A DNA stretch of 64,000 nucleotides. It comes from an uncultured delta proteobacterium. GTDB lineage: Bacteria > Myxococcota_A > Polyangia > Polyangiales > Polyangiaceae. Where the stretch lies: contig CAWJCS010000005.1 in assembly GCA_963841435.1 (NCBI GenBank), positions 1,184,001 through 1,248,000 of the forward strand. Direction: 5' to 3'. Position numbers and translations under genes: made by a program. The notes under the pieces are model-generated. The model searched no databases. It was given only the letters and a program-made list of their open reading frames with translations, and had not been told where the DNA came from. Positions 21,309 through 31,500 of this stretch are shown in pieces (position 1 is the stretch's first letter; each line of letters starts with the position of its first letter).

Positions 21309-21699
21309 GCTCGCCTTCGTAGGCCACGCCCGCCCTCGGGACAATTCAGGGTAAGAAGCGCGCGCAGCGCCGTCGCGCTGATTGCGCGGGGGACAGGGCA
21401 TTCGAACGCATTCCACCGGGACAGAGCCCGCCGCGGAACTCGACACAATCGGACGGTGCGTGATCTTGGCGCGTTCAGCCTGCGGGCCGGACCCGCCTGT
21501 TTCGCCCGCGAAATAATCTCGGCGACGATCGTGGGGCCGGCGCCGCTCGTGGGTTGAGGAGACTCCGAAACCGTGCTGTCGTGAGCCTCGGACGGGCGAC
21601 GAACACCAGGTGGCCACGATCACGACGCCATCCCGGGGGGGACAGAGCGCATCGGCGAGCTCCGGTTCCCCCCTGGACCGGGTCATCTCCGACCGAGCG

Positions 21700-23331
21700 A
21701 TGATCGCGCTGCTCGTCGCGCTCTGGGTGTGCGCGCTCCTCGTGGTCGGCGTACGCGGTGAGTTTCCGGAGAACGACTCGTGGGCGTACGCCCGGGCGAC
21801 GGAGCATTTCATCCGGACGGGTCGGGTGGTGCGCCTGGAGTGGACCTACGCCCCGGTCATCACCAACGTGATCGTCGGCGGGATCTTCGCCAAGCTCTTC
21901 GGCATGTCGTTCGCCGTGCTCCGGCTGTCGAGCGTCGTGATGGGCGGCCTCGGAATGCTGGGGGTCTACGCGTTGTGTCGCGGGCTTCACTGCGGGCCCG
22001 CGCGCTCGGCGCTCACGGCGGCCGCCTTCGCGTTCTGCCCGTTGCACTTCGGGCTTTCCTATACGTTCATGACGGACGTGCCGTACACCACGCTGGCGAC
22101 CTTCAGCTTGGTCGCGCTTTGCGCGGGGCTGCGGCTCAAGCGCTGGTGGCCGGTCGTCGCGGGCGTGGCGCTCGCTGTTGCCGCCGCCCTCTCCCGTCAG
22201 ACCGGCGTGGTGCTGATCGTGGCGCTGCTCGCGACCCTCGCGCTGGCTCGCATGCGCACGCGACGTGATTTCGTGATCGTGAGTCTCGCCGGGCTCGGGC
22301 TCGCCCTTCTGGCCACGCTGGTGGAGCGCGTGCTGATGGGCTGGAGCAACTTCGGCGTCCTGCGCGCGCTCACCTCGGCCGTGCTTGGCGGGACACCGGT
22401 CTACTCCTTCGCGAGCCACGCCGTGCCGAGCTTGTTCTGTCTGGGCCTCGCCGGGTTTCCGCTCCTCGTCGCGTTCGCCGTGGAGCGCCGTTTTACACGT
22501 GCGGAGCTCATCGGCGGCGCGTGCATCGCGCTCGTCTCGCTCGCGTTCGTGCTGGTCAAGCTGCGTCACAAGCCGTTTTACGGGAACATCCTGGACGAGA
22601 GCGGCCTGGGGCCCATCATCGTGCACTGCGCGAGCCAGCGCCCCATGGTGCCCGGCTCGATCTGGTGGAGCCTCGTCGGCCTTGGCGCGGCATCCGGGGG
22701 CCTGTCCCTCTACCTGATCGGCGCTTGGGTGCTGCACGTGGCCTGGCCCGCGCGGCGCGAGCGACCGGACCTTCTGCTCTTGCCCATCGGCGTCGCCCTC
22801 TACCTCGTGCCCGTGTTCCTCCGGAACCCCTATTTCAACCGCTATCTCCTGCCCGTCATGCCGGCGTGGCTCGCGGTGCTCGCCCTGTCGCGCGGGGCCG
22901 AAGCGTTCCGAAGCCAGGCGCGGCTCGCGGGATCCGGCGCCCTCGCGATCGTCGCGATGGCGAGCATGGCCGTCACCGTGGATTACCTCGGCAACCTGGG
23001 AGTTCGGCATGCGCTGGTCGCCCCGCTACTGGCAAACGGCACGAACCCCGGCGAGATCGAGGCCGGCGCCGAGTTCGACGGTTACTATCGCTACGATCGC
23101 CCCGGTGTGAAGAACACGGCGACCGACACCGAGAACAACTGGCTCAGGGACCGCGGCACCGAGCTCATCAAGAGCACGGCGGTGTGGCCTCACCCAGAGC
23201 ACTACCTCGTGTCGTATTGCCGGGAGGTCCCGGGCTACCGCCAGGTGAAGAGCGAAGCGCGCACCCGTTTCGTGCCTCCCACCGTCGATCGTCTGTTCTT
23301 GCTGGAGCGCGTCAAGCCCGCCGCTCCCTGA
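21700..23331 (+). CDS. ArnT/PMT-like (GT-C) membrane glycosyltransferase
   Basis: NDSWAY, FMTDVP, RQ, RYLLP; many TM segments; start could be GTG 21610. Confidence 0.75.
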   Translation: MIALLVALWVCALLVVGVRGEFPENDSWAYARATEHFIRTGRVVRLEWTYAPVITNVIVGGIFAKLFGMSFAVLRLSSVVMGGLGMLGVYALCRGLHCGPARSALTAAAFAFCPLHFGLSYTFMTDVPYTTLATFSLVALCAGLRLKRWWPVVAGVALAVAAALSRQTGVVLIVALLATLALARMRTRRDFVIVSLAGLGLALLATLVERVLMGWSNFGVLRALTSAVLGGTPVYSFASHAVPSLFCLGLAGFPLLVAFAVERRFTRAELIGGACIALVSLAFVLVKLRHKPFYGNILDESGLGPIIVHCASQRPMVPGSIWWSLVGLGAASGGLSLYLIGAWVLHVAWPARRERPDLLLLPIGVALYLVPVFLRNPYFNRYLLPVMPAWLAVLALSRGAEAFRSQARLAGSGALAIVAMASMAVTVDYLGNLGVRHALVAPLLANGTNPGEIEAGAEFDGYYRYDRPGVKNTATDTENNWLRDRGTELIKSTAVWPHPEHYLVSYCREVPGYRQVKSEARTRFVPPTVDRLFLLERVKPAAP

Positions 23332-23396
23332 CGGGTGCCGTGGGCCTTGCCCTTCGTCGCGTTCCGGGGTCTGGGCCGGAAGCACGACCGCGAAGG

Positions 23397-24683
23397 TTAC
23401 GGCTTTTCGAGCTTGGCGATCGTGTCCTTGAGGGTGCTGTCCCCGCGCATGCACGGGTAGCAGTGCTCGAGATCGTTCGGCGCGCACAGGGTCTTCTGAT
23501 CGAGCTCGTGCAGGTACTCGAGCACGAGTGTGCCGCCGGCCTTCCCCGCGAAGTCGAGCAGGGCGCGCTTGTCCTCGCAAGACTTCGCGTTGCGCAGCTT
23601 CACTGCCGCGTAGACGGGTAACGCGGCGGTGCGCTCGAATTCCTTGCTCGCGAGCCAGTTCTGCGCGCGTTGACGCACGCCCTCTCGCGCGTCGCCGTGG
23701 AACGAAAGCTCGTACATCAGCGCGGCACCGGTTTCCCCCATGGCGCCGGTGAGCAGCGTGTAGCTATCTGCCGCGGCGCGCCGGTCGTTCGATGCCGCGG
23801 TGGTGAGCAAGAGCTGGGCGACGTGCTTGTCCTGTTTGAGCTCTGGGTGCCGGGCCACGAGCCGCTCGATCAGCGAAGGCACCTCCGCGTCGCGCCGCTG
23901 CGTGAGCAGCGAGTCGGCCAGCGACAGTAAGAGCGCGGGCTCGTCGCGGCTGACTTCCTTTTTCGCGGTCGCCGGCTTCTCGTCGGGCACGGCCGGCTCT
24001 GCTGGCGTCGACGGGGCGGGCTCGGCCGGCGTGTCGCTCTGCGTGGTTCCCCCGCGCTCGCTCGCGCTTGCCTTTTCGGACTGCGGCCCCGAGCGCAAGA
24101 GCGAGCTCGCGCCGATCCCGAGACCGACCAGCACGAGCGCCGCGAGCGTGGCGCTCGCACCGAGAAGAACGGCACCCGGCACGCGCTCGAGCCGCGACCG
24201 GAGCGCTTCCGGCAGATGATCGCGCATGGCGTCGCCCACGCGCGAGAGGCTGGAGAGTGTGGTCGAACGTTGCGGCGGCTCGGTGGGAATGCCGAGCGAG
24301 CCGGCTCGGGGCGGTGGCGGGATGGACGGTGGCGGCACGCTGCCCGAACGTGCGGGCGGCGGGATGGCGGCAGAGCTCGCTCCAACCGCTGGCGGCCGCA
24401 CGCTCGGTGCGCGTGCGTTCTGACCACCCGCGGGATCGAGCGACGGAAGCACCGGCATCTCGTCGGGCCGGCGCACTTGGGTCGGCAGGTCGTCAGTGTC
24501 GTCTTCCTTCGTGAGCTTCGGCGGGGGCGGGGGCGTGCCGCCGCGCGGAGGCTCGGGCGGCGCGGGCACGGGGGGAAGCGACCCGGGCTGCACCGACTTG
24601 CGAGCGGTGTGCTTGACGGTCGTCCTCGACCTCGCTTCGGCGCTACCGGGCGGAGGTGGCGGGGAGCTCGGAGTGCCGACCAT
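23397..24683 (-). CDS. Hypothetical Pro-rich single-TM protein with helical Cys-containing C-terminal domain
   Basis: 430-aa ORF, Pro-rich N-terminus, one TM, ends CYPCMR. Confidence 0.6.
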   Translation of the reverse strand: MVGTPSSPPPPPGSAEARSRTTVKHTARKSVQPGSLPPVPAPPEPPRGGTPPPPPKLTKEDDTDDLPTQVRRPDEMPVLPSLDPAGGQNARAPSVRPPAVGASSAAIPPPARSGSVPPPSIPPPPRAGSLGIPTEPPQRSTTLSSLSRVGDAMRDHLPEALRSRLERVPGAVLLGASATLAALVLVGLGIGASSLLRSGPQSEKASASERGGTTQSDTPAEPAPSTPAEPAVPDEKPATAKKEVSRDEPALLLSLADSLLTQRRDAEVPSLIERLVARHPELKQDKHVAQLLLTTAASNDRRAAADSYTLLTGAMGETGAALMYELSFHGDAREGVRQRAQNWLASKEFERTAALPVYAAVKLRNAKSCEDKRALLDFAGKAGGTLVLEYLHELDQKTLCAPNDLEHCYPCMRGDSTLKDTIAKLEKP

Positions 24684-24827
24684 GGCCAACCTAGTCTACG
24701 TCGTTAGTCGGAGCCTGTCGTCTCCGAGTTTTGCCGGTCCCACCTGCCGGGGCCTGCGGGCAGCACGGCCGTTGATTTCTCGGGCGGCACGGCGGAAATT
24801 CCGGCCGGACGGAAAGGCACGGTATCG

Positions 24828-25265
24828 ATGACGGTCAAACGGATGGATAACGTCGGGATCGTGGTGGAGTCGCTCGATACCGCCATCGCCTTCTTCGCCG
24901 AGCTGGGCCTAGAGCTGGAAGGGCGAGCCACGATCGAAGGAGAGTGGGCAGGGCGCGTCACGGGCGTCCGCGACCAGCGCGTCGAGATCGCCATGATGCG
25001 CACGCCGGACGGTCACGGCCGCCTCGAGCTCTCTCGATTTCTCACGCCACCCGTGGTGGCCGATCACCGGAGTGCCCCGGTGAATGCACTCGGCTACCTA
25101 CGCGTCATGTTCGCCGTGGAGGACATCGACGGGACGCTCGCCCGCCTCCGCAAGCACGGCGCCGAGCTCGTCGGCGAAGTGGTCCAGTACGAAAATGCCT
25201 ATCGCCTCTGCTACATCCGGGGGCCCGAACGACTTCTCATCGGGCTCGCCCAAGAGCTCGACTGA
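24828..25265 (+). CDS. VOC/glyoxalase family protein
   Basis: MDNVGIVV, ELSRF, RVMFAVEDID, YIRGPE. Confidence 0.92.
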   Translation: MTVKRMDNVGIVVESLDTAIAFFAELGLELEGRATIEGEWAGRVTGVRDQRVEIAMMRTPDGHGRLELSRFLTPPVVADHRSAPVNALGYLRVMFAVEDIDGTLARLRKHGAELVGEVVQYENAYRLCYIRGPERLLIGLAQELD

Positions 25266-25379
25266 CGGCGATTGGCCGCGCGGGCTCTGATGGCGCGTGC
25301 CGGCCCGCCTGCCCTATGGCCCGCGCCGCGCGTGCATGACAGAATGAGGCTCTACTTGGAGGTAGGGCGCAGGCAGCTG

Positions 25380-25800
25380 TCAGCCTTCTTCCTCGGCTCG
25401 TTCCGTGCTGAGGAGCTTCCCCGCCGTATCGAACGCCACCTCGTGCTTCTTGCCGTCGATCTCGACGACGAGCTCGTAGGTGGGCGCTGAACTCCTCTGC
25501 GCCGCCGTGACGCGCTCCACCCGCAACACCTTGGCTTTCGCAAAGCGCGACCGCGCAAGGCCTTTCTTCACAGCGTCGGGCAAATCCTTGAACGCGATCA
25601 CGCGCTCTTCCGTGAGGATCTTGCCCGTCGGGCGACACGATGACCTCCGTGGTCGAGCCGCTGAGATCGAGTTGGACTTCGTAGTTCGTCTTGCCGTGCT
25701 CGACCTCTCGAACGAACCGCGTCATTTTGCCCCGCGGATGCCTGGCTGCGACCGAGTTGATTACCGCCCCCGGCCGCGCATAGGGATTTGTTTTGGCTAA
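25380..25800 (-). pseudogene. PepSY-like periplasmic protein, frameshifted with a disrupted 5' end
   Basis: EVEHGKTNYEV..EVIVSPDG joins KILTEE..DLPDAVK..TYELVV..EVAFDTAGKLL if one G is removed at about 25625; in-frame stop and no signal peptide upstream in an AT-rich patch. Confidence 0.55.
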
Positions 25801-25949
25801 AAACTAATGACTCGGAGCCGCTCACCCCTCAGATTTTGCAAGCGGGCGCACGGGAGTCGAGCTCGCAGCAGAGCCCAACGGCGACAGCGCTAGCGGTGGC
25901 GTCGGCTAGGGCGCCACCCGTGCGAGCGGCGGCTGCAGGCTCAGGGGGC

Positions 25950-27047
25950 TCAGCGCAGCGAGGGGCTGGGCGCGTGAACCGTCTCCTGCTCCTTCACGGG
26001 TGGCTCGTGAGCGCTTTGCGAGGGCGAGGGCCGGCGCATGCGAAGATAGCCGGGGAGCTCGACCGGCAGCCGCACGCGTGCCGATTCGAGGAGCGCTTCG
26101 GCGACCCGCACATCGCACCAACCCTCCTCCCCGGAGGGCTCGGGCTCGCGATCGCTCAGGATGCAGTCGGAAAAGTACTCGAGCTCCGGCGCAAACTGGT
26201 CGCCCCGCTCGAAATGGGTGGGTTCGGTGGTGCCATCGACCGTGAGGTAGTGCACGAGGCCGTTGACGTAGTCGTAGGCGGGCTCCACCCGGAGGTCACC
26301 AAGAGCACCGGCAACGCGGTAGCTCGATACGCTGGCCGTGCTGTTGCCGACCGTGAACTCCGCGAGGCGGTCGCTCGGAAAGCGCAGAACGGCGCTCATG
26401 GTGTCGTCCACACCGTTCACGAAGACAGCGCTGCCCATGACCTCGATCGGCTCGGCATCGAACAGGTTGCGCGCGGCATTGATGCAGTACACGCCAAGGT
26501 CATAGGTCGCCCCGCCCGCCACCTCCGGCTTGCGGCGGGTGTCGCCGCTGCGCACCACGTGCGTGAAGAACGAGCTGAAGAGCTTCGGCTCCCCGAGCCT
26601 GCCCGAGCGCGCGATTTCGACCGCCTGCAGGGTGGCTCGCTCGAAGTGCAATCGGTAGGCGATCATCAGCTTGACCTCGCGGGCTTCGCACGCATCGATC
26701 ATGGCGCGGCAGTCCTGGACGCTCGGTGCCATGGGCTTCTCGCACAGCACGTGGGCCCCGGCGCTCGCGGCGCGGAGCGTGAACTCACGATGATAGGAGT
26801 TTGGCGTGGCGACATAGACGGCATCGACTCCGGCGCGCTCGATGATGCTTTCGAGCTCGTCGTAGTCGCCGTCGGCCTCGAGCTGGTAGCGCTCGCGCAG
26901 CTCGGCGCGCTTTTGGGGGTCGCCAGAAACGACGGCAATGAGACGGGAATTTGGTGCGGCGTGCTCGAAGGCGGGCAGAACCGCCTCCTGGGCGATGTTT
27001 CCAGCACCGATGACGGCATAGCGAATCGTTGATTTCGACTGAGTCAT
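25950..27047 (-). CDS. Gfo/Idh/MocA family oxidoreductase
   Basis: GAGNIA, DAVYVATPN, HVLCEKP, GGATYDLGVY. Confidence 0.93.
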   Translation of the reverse strand: MTQSKSTIRYAVIGAGNIAQEAVLPAFEHAAPNSRLIAVVSGDPQKRAELRERYQLEADGDYDELESIIERAGVDAVYVATPNSYHREFTLRAASAGAHVLCEKPMAPSVQDCRAMIDACEAREVKLMIAYRLHFERATLQAVEIARSGRLGEPKLFSSFFTHVVRSGDTRRKPEVAGGATYDLGVYCINAARNLFDAEPIEVMGSAVFVNGVDDTMSAVLRFPSDRLAEFTVGNSTASVSSYRVAGALGDLRVEPAYDYVNGLVHYLTVDGTTEPTHFERGDQFAPELEYFSDCILSDREPEPSGEEGWCDVRVAEALLESARVRLPVELPGYLRMRRPSPSQSAHEPPVKEQETVHAPSPSLR

Positions 27048-27163
27048 GAGCCCCACGAATGCATGCCACGCGCCACCCTGCCGAACGCGACGAACGCCTC
27101 GCAGCGTCGCGTCCCGCCCCGACGGGGCGGTTTCGTGCGGGTCGAAAGTGCTTCGAACCGGGC

Positions 27164-27787
27164 TCAGCTAGCCCGAATTACGGCGCAGGCCGCCGGCTTC
27201 AATGCCTGCGGCTGACCGTCGTCCTCTCGCGCGTCCACGACGATAGCGCGATCGACGAGACTCCGCGGGTCGTGCTCGCGCAGGTTCCCCCCGCTCGTCA
27301 TGATGAGCAGCGCACCGTTGCCGTGCTCATCGATGCTGATGTTGCCGAGGTCCCCAAGGTGTTGTTCCCCCGAGCCCGGCAGGCCGTGCCGACTATGGCG
27401 GGGATTGAGGTGCTCGGCTGCGGCAATCGATTGAGCGTCGCAATCGCTTCGGTCGACCACGTGCACGCCGAGGCGGGTATTAGGTGGCGCGTCGTGAAGC
27501 ATGACCTCGATGCGCACGCCCGAGGTGACCTCTTCTAGCTTCGCCGTTCCGGCTGCTTTGCTGCCGCCCGCCGGTTCCAGCGCCGCCTTCGCCCGCTTGA
27601 AAATCGTGCCAGGCGGCAGCAGGTCGCCATTCTTTGCCGGATCCGCCGAGCCAACGGCTCCCGAGCGATCCCCGGTCTGCGTGCTCATCACGGTTCGACC
27701 CTGGTCACAGCCGCTCGCGATGGCGAGGAGCGCCGCCGCGAGCGACGGAGGAGCGTGTCGCAAGCCTTTCGTGCAACGTTTCATCAT
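27164..27787 (-). CDS. Cu/Zn superoxide dismutase-like lipoprotein with degenerate Cu site
   Basis: HLNP..H...HLGDLGNI, RAIVV, ACAVI; lipobox ASGC. Confidence 0.8.
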   Translation of the reverse strand: MMKRCTKGLRHAPPSLAAALLAIASGCDQGRTVMSTQTGDRSGAVGSADPAKNGDLLPPGTIFKRAKAALEPAGGSKAAGTAKLEEVTSGVRIEVMLHDAPPNTRLGVHVVDRSDCDAQSIAAAEHLNPRHSRHGLPGSGEQHLGDLGNISIDEHGNGALLIMTSGGNLREHDPRSLVDRAIVVDAREDDGQPQALKPAACAVIRAS

Positions 27788-27952
27788 GGTCCGACCGAAC
27801 GCACGCCGCGTGCCAGGCACGAAGGCTGCATTGCAAGTCACGTGGACGACCTGGCACGAATCCCCGTTCTCGCGACCTTTCCGGGGCAGACCGCCCCAGC
27901 CGGGCTCGAGTGCGGCAACCCTGTTTGACCCACGCTCGAGGAGATCCGACCC

Positions 27953-28312
27953 ATGCTCGCTCGCATCAAGAACACCTGGAACCAGCTGAAGAGCTTTCCG
28001 CCCGGGACGCGTTTCGAGGCGTTCCACCGCAGCCAGGAAGGTCAACCGCCCTGGATCGCGGCGCTCTACATCGTGCTCGCGGCAGTCTCGTTCGTGGTCG
28101 GCGTGATCTTGGCGTTCATCCCGGGCCCGGCCGTCGTATTCTTTGCGCTTTCCGCCGGCCTCGTGGCGACGCGGTCCGTGTGGATGGCGCGCTGGATGGA
28201 CCGCATGGAGGCTCGCGGGAGAAAGCTCTGGGCGTCGTATCGGGGGTGGCGAAAGCGACGCCGGCGGCACCATGGCCAAAACGGCCGCGAGACGCGCCCG
28301 AACAGCACCTGA
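27953..28312 (+). CDS. Small membrane protein (PGPGW-like)
   Basis: Two TM segments around FIPGPA; basic tail. Confidence 0.65.
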   Translation: MLARIKNTWNQLKSFPPGTRFEAFHRSQEGQPPWIAALYIVLAAVSFVVGVILAFIPGPAVVFFALSAGLVATRSVWMARWMDRMEARGRKLWASYRGWRKRRRRHHGQNGRETRPNST

Positions 28313-28321
28313 CGAACCGCG

Positions 28322-28528
28322 TCAGTCGCCCTCTCGAGTCGTGGCCCGAGCTCGCGCGAGCCGCGCGGCGCACTCGACGTGACCGGCTTTGGTCGCCAGA
28401 TCGTGCGCGGTTTCGCCCTTGTCGTTCTCGAGCAACGGATCGGCACCGAGGGCGAGCAGCTCCTCGAGGCTATGGAGATTCCGGTTTCCGGCGGACTCCA
28501 TCAGGGGGTATGGCCGGTCCCCTGGCAC
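28322..28528 (-). CDS. Short ankyrin-repeat ORF or remnant
   Basis: PLM..A, LLALGADP, GETAHDLA..GH; 68 aa directly after the tamB stop. Confidence 0.5.
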   Translation of the reverse strand: MPGDRPYPLMESAGNRNLHSLEELLALGADPLLENDKGETAHDLATKAGHVECAARLARARATTREGD

Positions 28529-28529
28529 C

Positions 28530-31500
28530 CTACTCGAACTCGAGGCGCCAGCGCACGTCGGCGCCGAGGTTGCCGAGCGCCGAGCTCGAGATGTCGTTGA
28601 CGTTGTCGTAGGAGCTTTCGACGCTCACGCGGTTGGAGAGGCGCCACTCGACGTTGGAGCGCACCTCGCGCGATTCGGCGAGGCCCGTGGTGACGTTGGC
28701 GCGCACGCGGTCGTTGAGGCGCTTGCCGATCGTCACCGTGGGCTCGGTACGGCCCGTCCGCGACGAATAGGAGCTGCCGAAGCGAAACTCGTCGATCACG
28801 GGGACCGCGCTCGTGACGGCCTTGTCGGCGCCGCTCAGCGTGCCGAGCGCCTCGAGCGCCACGCTCTCGCCCACGCTCGCCGACTGCGCCTGGTCGAGCT
28901 CCGTGCGTGTCAGCCCCACGGTGAGCAGCAAGAAGACGTCGTCCTGTGCGAGCGCGGGGTCGCTCGTGAGATCGATCTTCAGGTCGTCGGCGTCACCATG
29001 AGCGTGCATGCGAATCGTCCAGTGGCCGCCACCCACGCTCGAGGCGCTACCGCTCGAGCTGCTCGCCGCCGAGCTGCCGCTCGTGGTCGAATTCTCCGCG
29101 TAGCGGCGGTACTCCGTGACGGCCGTCACGTCGACGTTCGGCGCGATGCGCGTTTCGTCGTCGAAGCGCACCGTGCCCTGCGTCACTTCGAACACGCTGC
29201 GGCGCAGCGTGATCCGCCCGCCGGGCTTCACCTCGACGGTGCCGCGCAGGCCGTAGCGACCGTTAGTGCCCTTGAGCACGAGACCCTCGTCACCGAGCGT
29301 CAGATCGGCCTCGACGAGCTCGTTTTTGATCTGCAGCGCACGGGCCGCCCGCACGGTGATGTCGAGGTCGACGACGTCTTCGGCCGGATCGTACGCTTCG
29401 AAGCTCGTGCGCTTGCCGCGCCGGCCGAGCGACTGGAGCTCCGCCGTCATCGTGACGGGGCGCCGGTACTCGAGCGAGCGCAAGAGCACGTTGCCGGACA
29501 GGCGCGGCAGCGCCGGCTCGGAGCCGGTCCCCGGCTTCCAGGTCGCGAGCAGGTCCGCGTCCGCGCTCGCACGCACGCTTTCGCCGAGCGGCAGCGCGAT
29601 CTCCCGGGCGGTGAGGTCGAGGCGCATCGCGCTCAACGAGAAGCCGCGCACGGGTCCGCCACCCTTCACGCCGAGCGTGCCGTTGCCGAACCGGGCGGAG
29701 CCACGGGCGACGTTGAGCTCGCCGCCTTCGAGCTTGAGCGCGAGATCGATGTCGGTGATCGGCGAGGCGAGCCCGTGCAGCGTGAGCTCGCCGCCGCTGA
29801 GCTCGAGCCCGCCGTCATAGACGGGCGCCCGCAGTGGACCCTTGACGGCGAGCTTGCCGGAGACCGTACCCTTGGCGCGCTCGACGCGGGAAAACGCCTG
29901 CGTTAGCGCCGAGAGGTCCATCGGCCGCAAGCTCAGCGTGCCATCGACGCGCGGCACGTCCCGGAGCGACGCCACGTCGCCCGTGACGTCGAACGTGGCC
30001 CGGTGCCCGCTCGGCGTGACGGCGAGAACGCTCAGCGCGGGCACGCTCACCGCGCCGCCGCCGAGCTCGATGGCCCGCGAGCCGGGCAAGACGCGCGCCG
30101 AGTAACCGCCACGCGAGAACGAGAGGTCGGCGAGAGCGAGCTTGGCGCGCGACGAAACGGGATCGGCGACGCGCCACTCCGAGAGGTCGAGCGTCCCCGA
30201 CAGGTGCCCCTGAACGCGGGAGTCCGAGAGCGCGAAAGTAGGGACGAGCTCCGCGAGCGCGCTCGCGTCGAGGCCGTCGAAGACCACGCGGCCGCGCGCG
30301 AGCTTGCTGCGCTGCTTGGTCATCTGCAGGTGGTCGAAGCGCACCTGGCCGCCGAAGAGCGAGCCCGACAGGTCGAAGACGCCGCTCGCACGGTCGGTCT
30401 CCCATTCCGAGGGGTCGAAGGGCGGCGTGATGGCAGCGCCGCACCCCGTGCGCCCGATCACCTTCTCTGCTTCGTTTAGCGCCGTGAGCTCGTAGCGAAA
30501 CTCCGACGAAGGCAAGGTCGCGCGGCCCACGCGCACCGACGTGATGCGCCCGCTGCCGCTCCCCGAAAGCTCGTCGATCGAACCGCCGAACTCGGCCACC
30601 CCCGACGCTCTTCCGTCCGCCACGCGAAGCGCCGCCGGGAGGGCGTCGATGTCACCGATGGGCACGTCGCTCGCCACCAGGTGTCCCTGGAGGGTGCCGC
30701 CAGCCCGGATCTCGAAAGACCCGAGCACCGAGCCCGAGCCTTTGTGGAGCGCCATGGAGGGAACGGAGAGCGTCATGCCCCGGTAGCTCGCCTCGCGATC
30801 GAACCAGCGGAAGCGGTAGTCGCCTTCGCCGCTGTCGTAGTGCTCTCCCCAGAGATCGAAGCGCTTGAAGGCCAGTTTGCCATCTGTCTCGAGCACACCG
30901 CCGCCACACGGGTCGCGCTTGCCCCCGAGGACGTAGTGAACGTGCGCGTCAGCGCTCGTCACGCCCTCGAGATCGGTCCAGCGCGGGTCCTGGTCGAAGT
31001 GCCAAATGGCCAAAAATTCCTGCAAATCGAAGCCCGGGCTCTTCACGGTGGCGTCGGCGACGAGCGTCGCCCCGGCGTCGAAATCCATGCGCCCGCTCGG
31101 GATGGTGTACGGGCTCGTGCCCTTCTGCGCGACGACGTCGGTGAGCTCGAACCAGAGGGGCCGAAAGCGCACCTTGGCGCTCTTCAGGTCACCGAGCGGG
31201 AAGCCCCCGAATTCGAAGCCCTGGATCTTCAGGTTGCCGGTCAAGAGCGGGTCGCCCATATCGCCGGCCATCTCAACGTCAACCTCCGCGTTGCCGGCCC
31301 AGGGGATGTCAACGAGCGGGCTCACGTCCGAAAGGTCGATCTTGGAGCCCTTGGGAATCGACAGCGCGATCGTGTTGGCGAACCCGATCGAGATCAGGCG
31401 CGAGTACACGCTCGATTTTCCGAAATCCGTGCGCATGTCGAAAAACTCGAGCGCCTTCGGCACGACGCGGAACTTGCCGTGCAGGGTCGCGTGCTTCACG

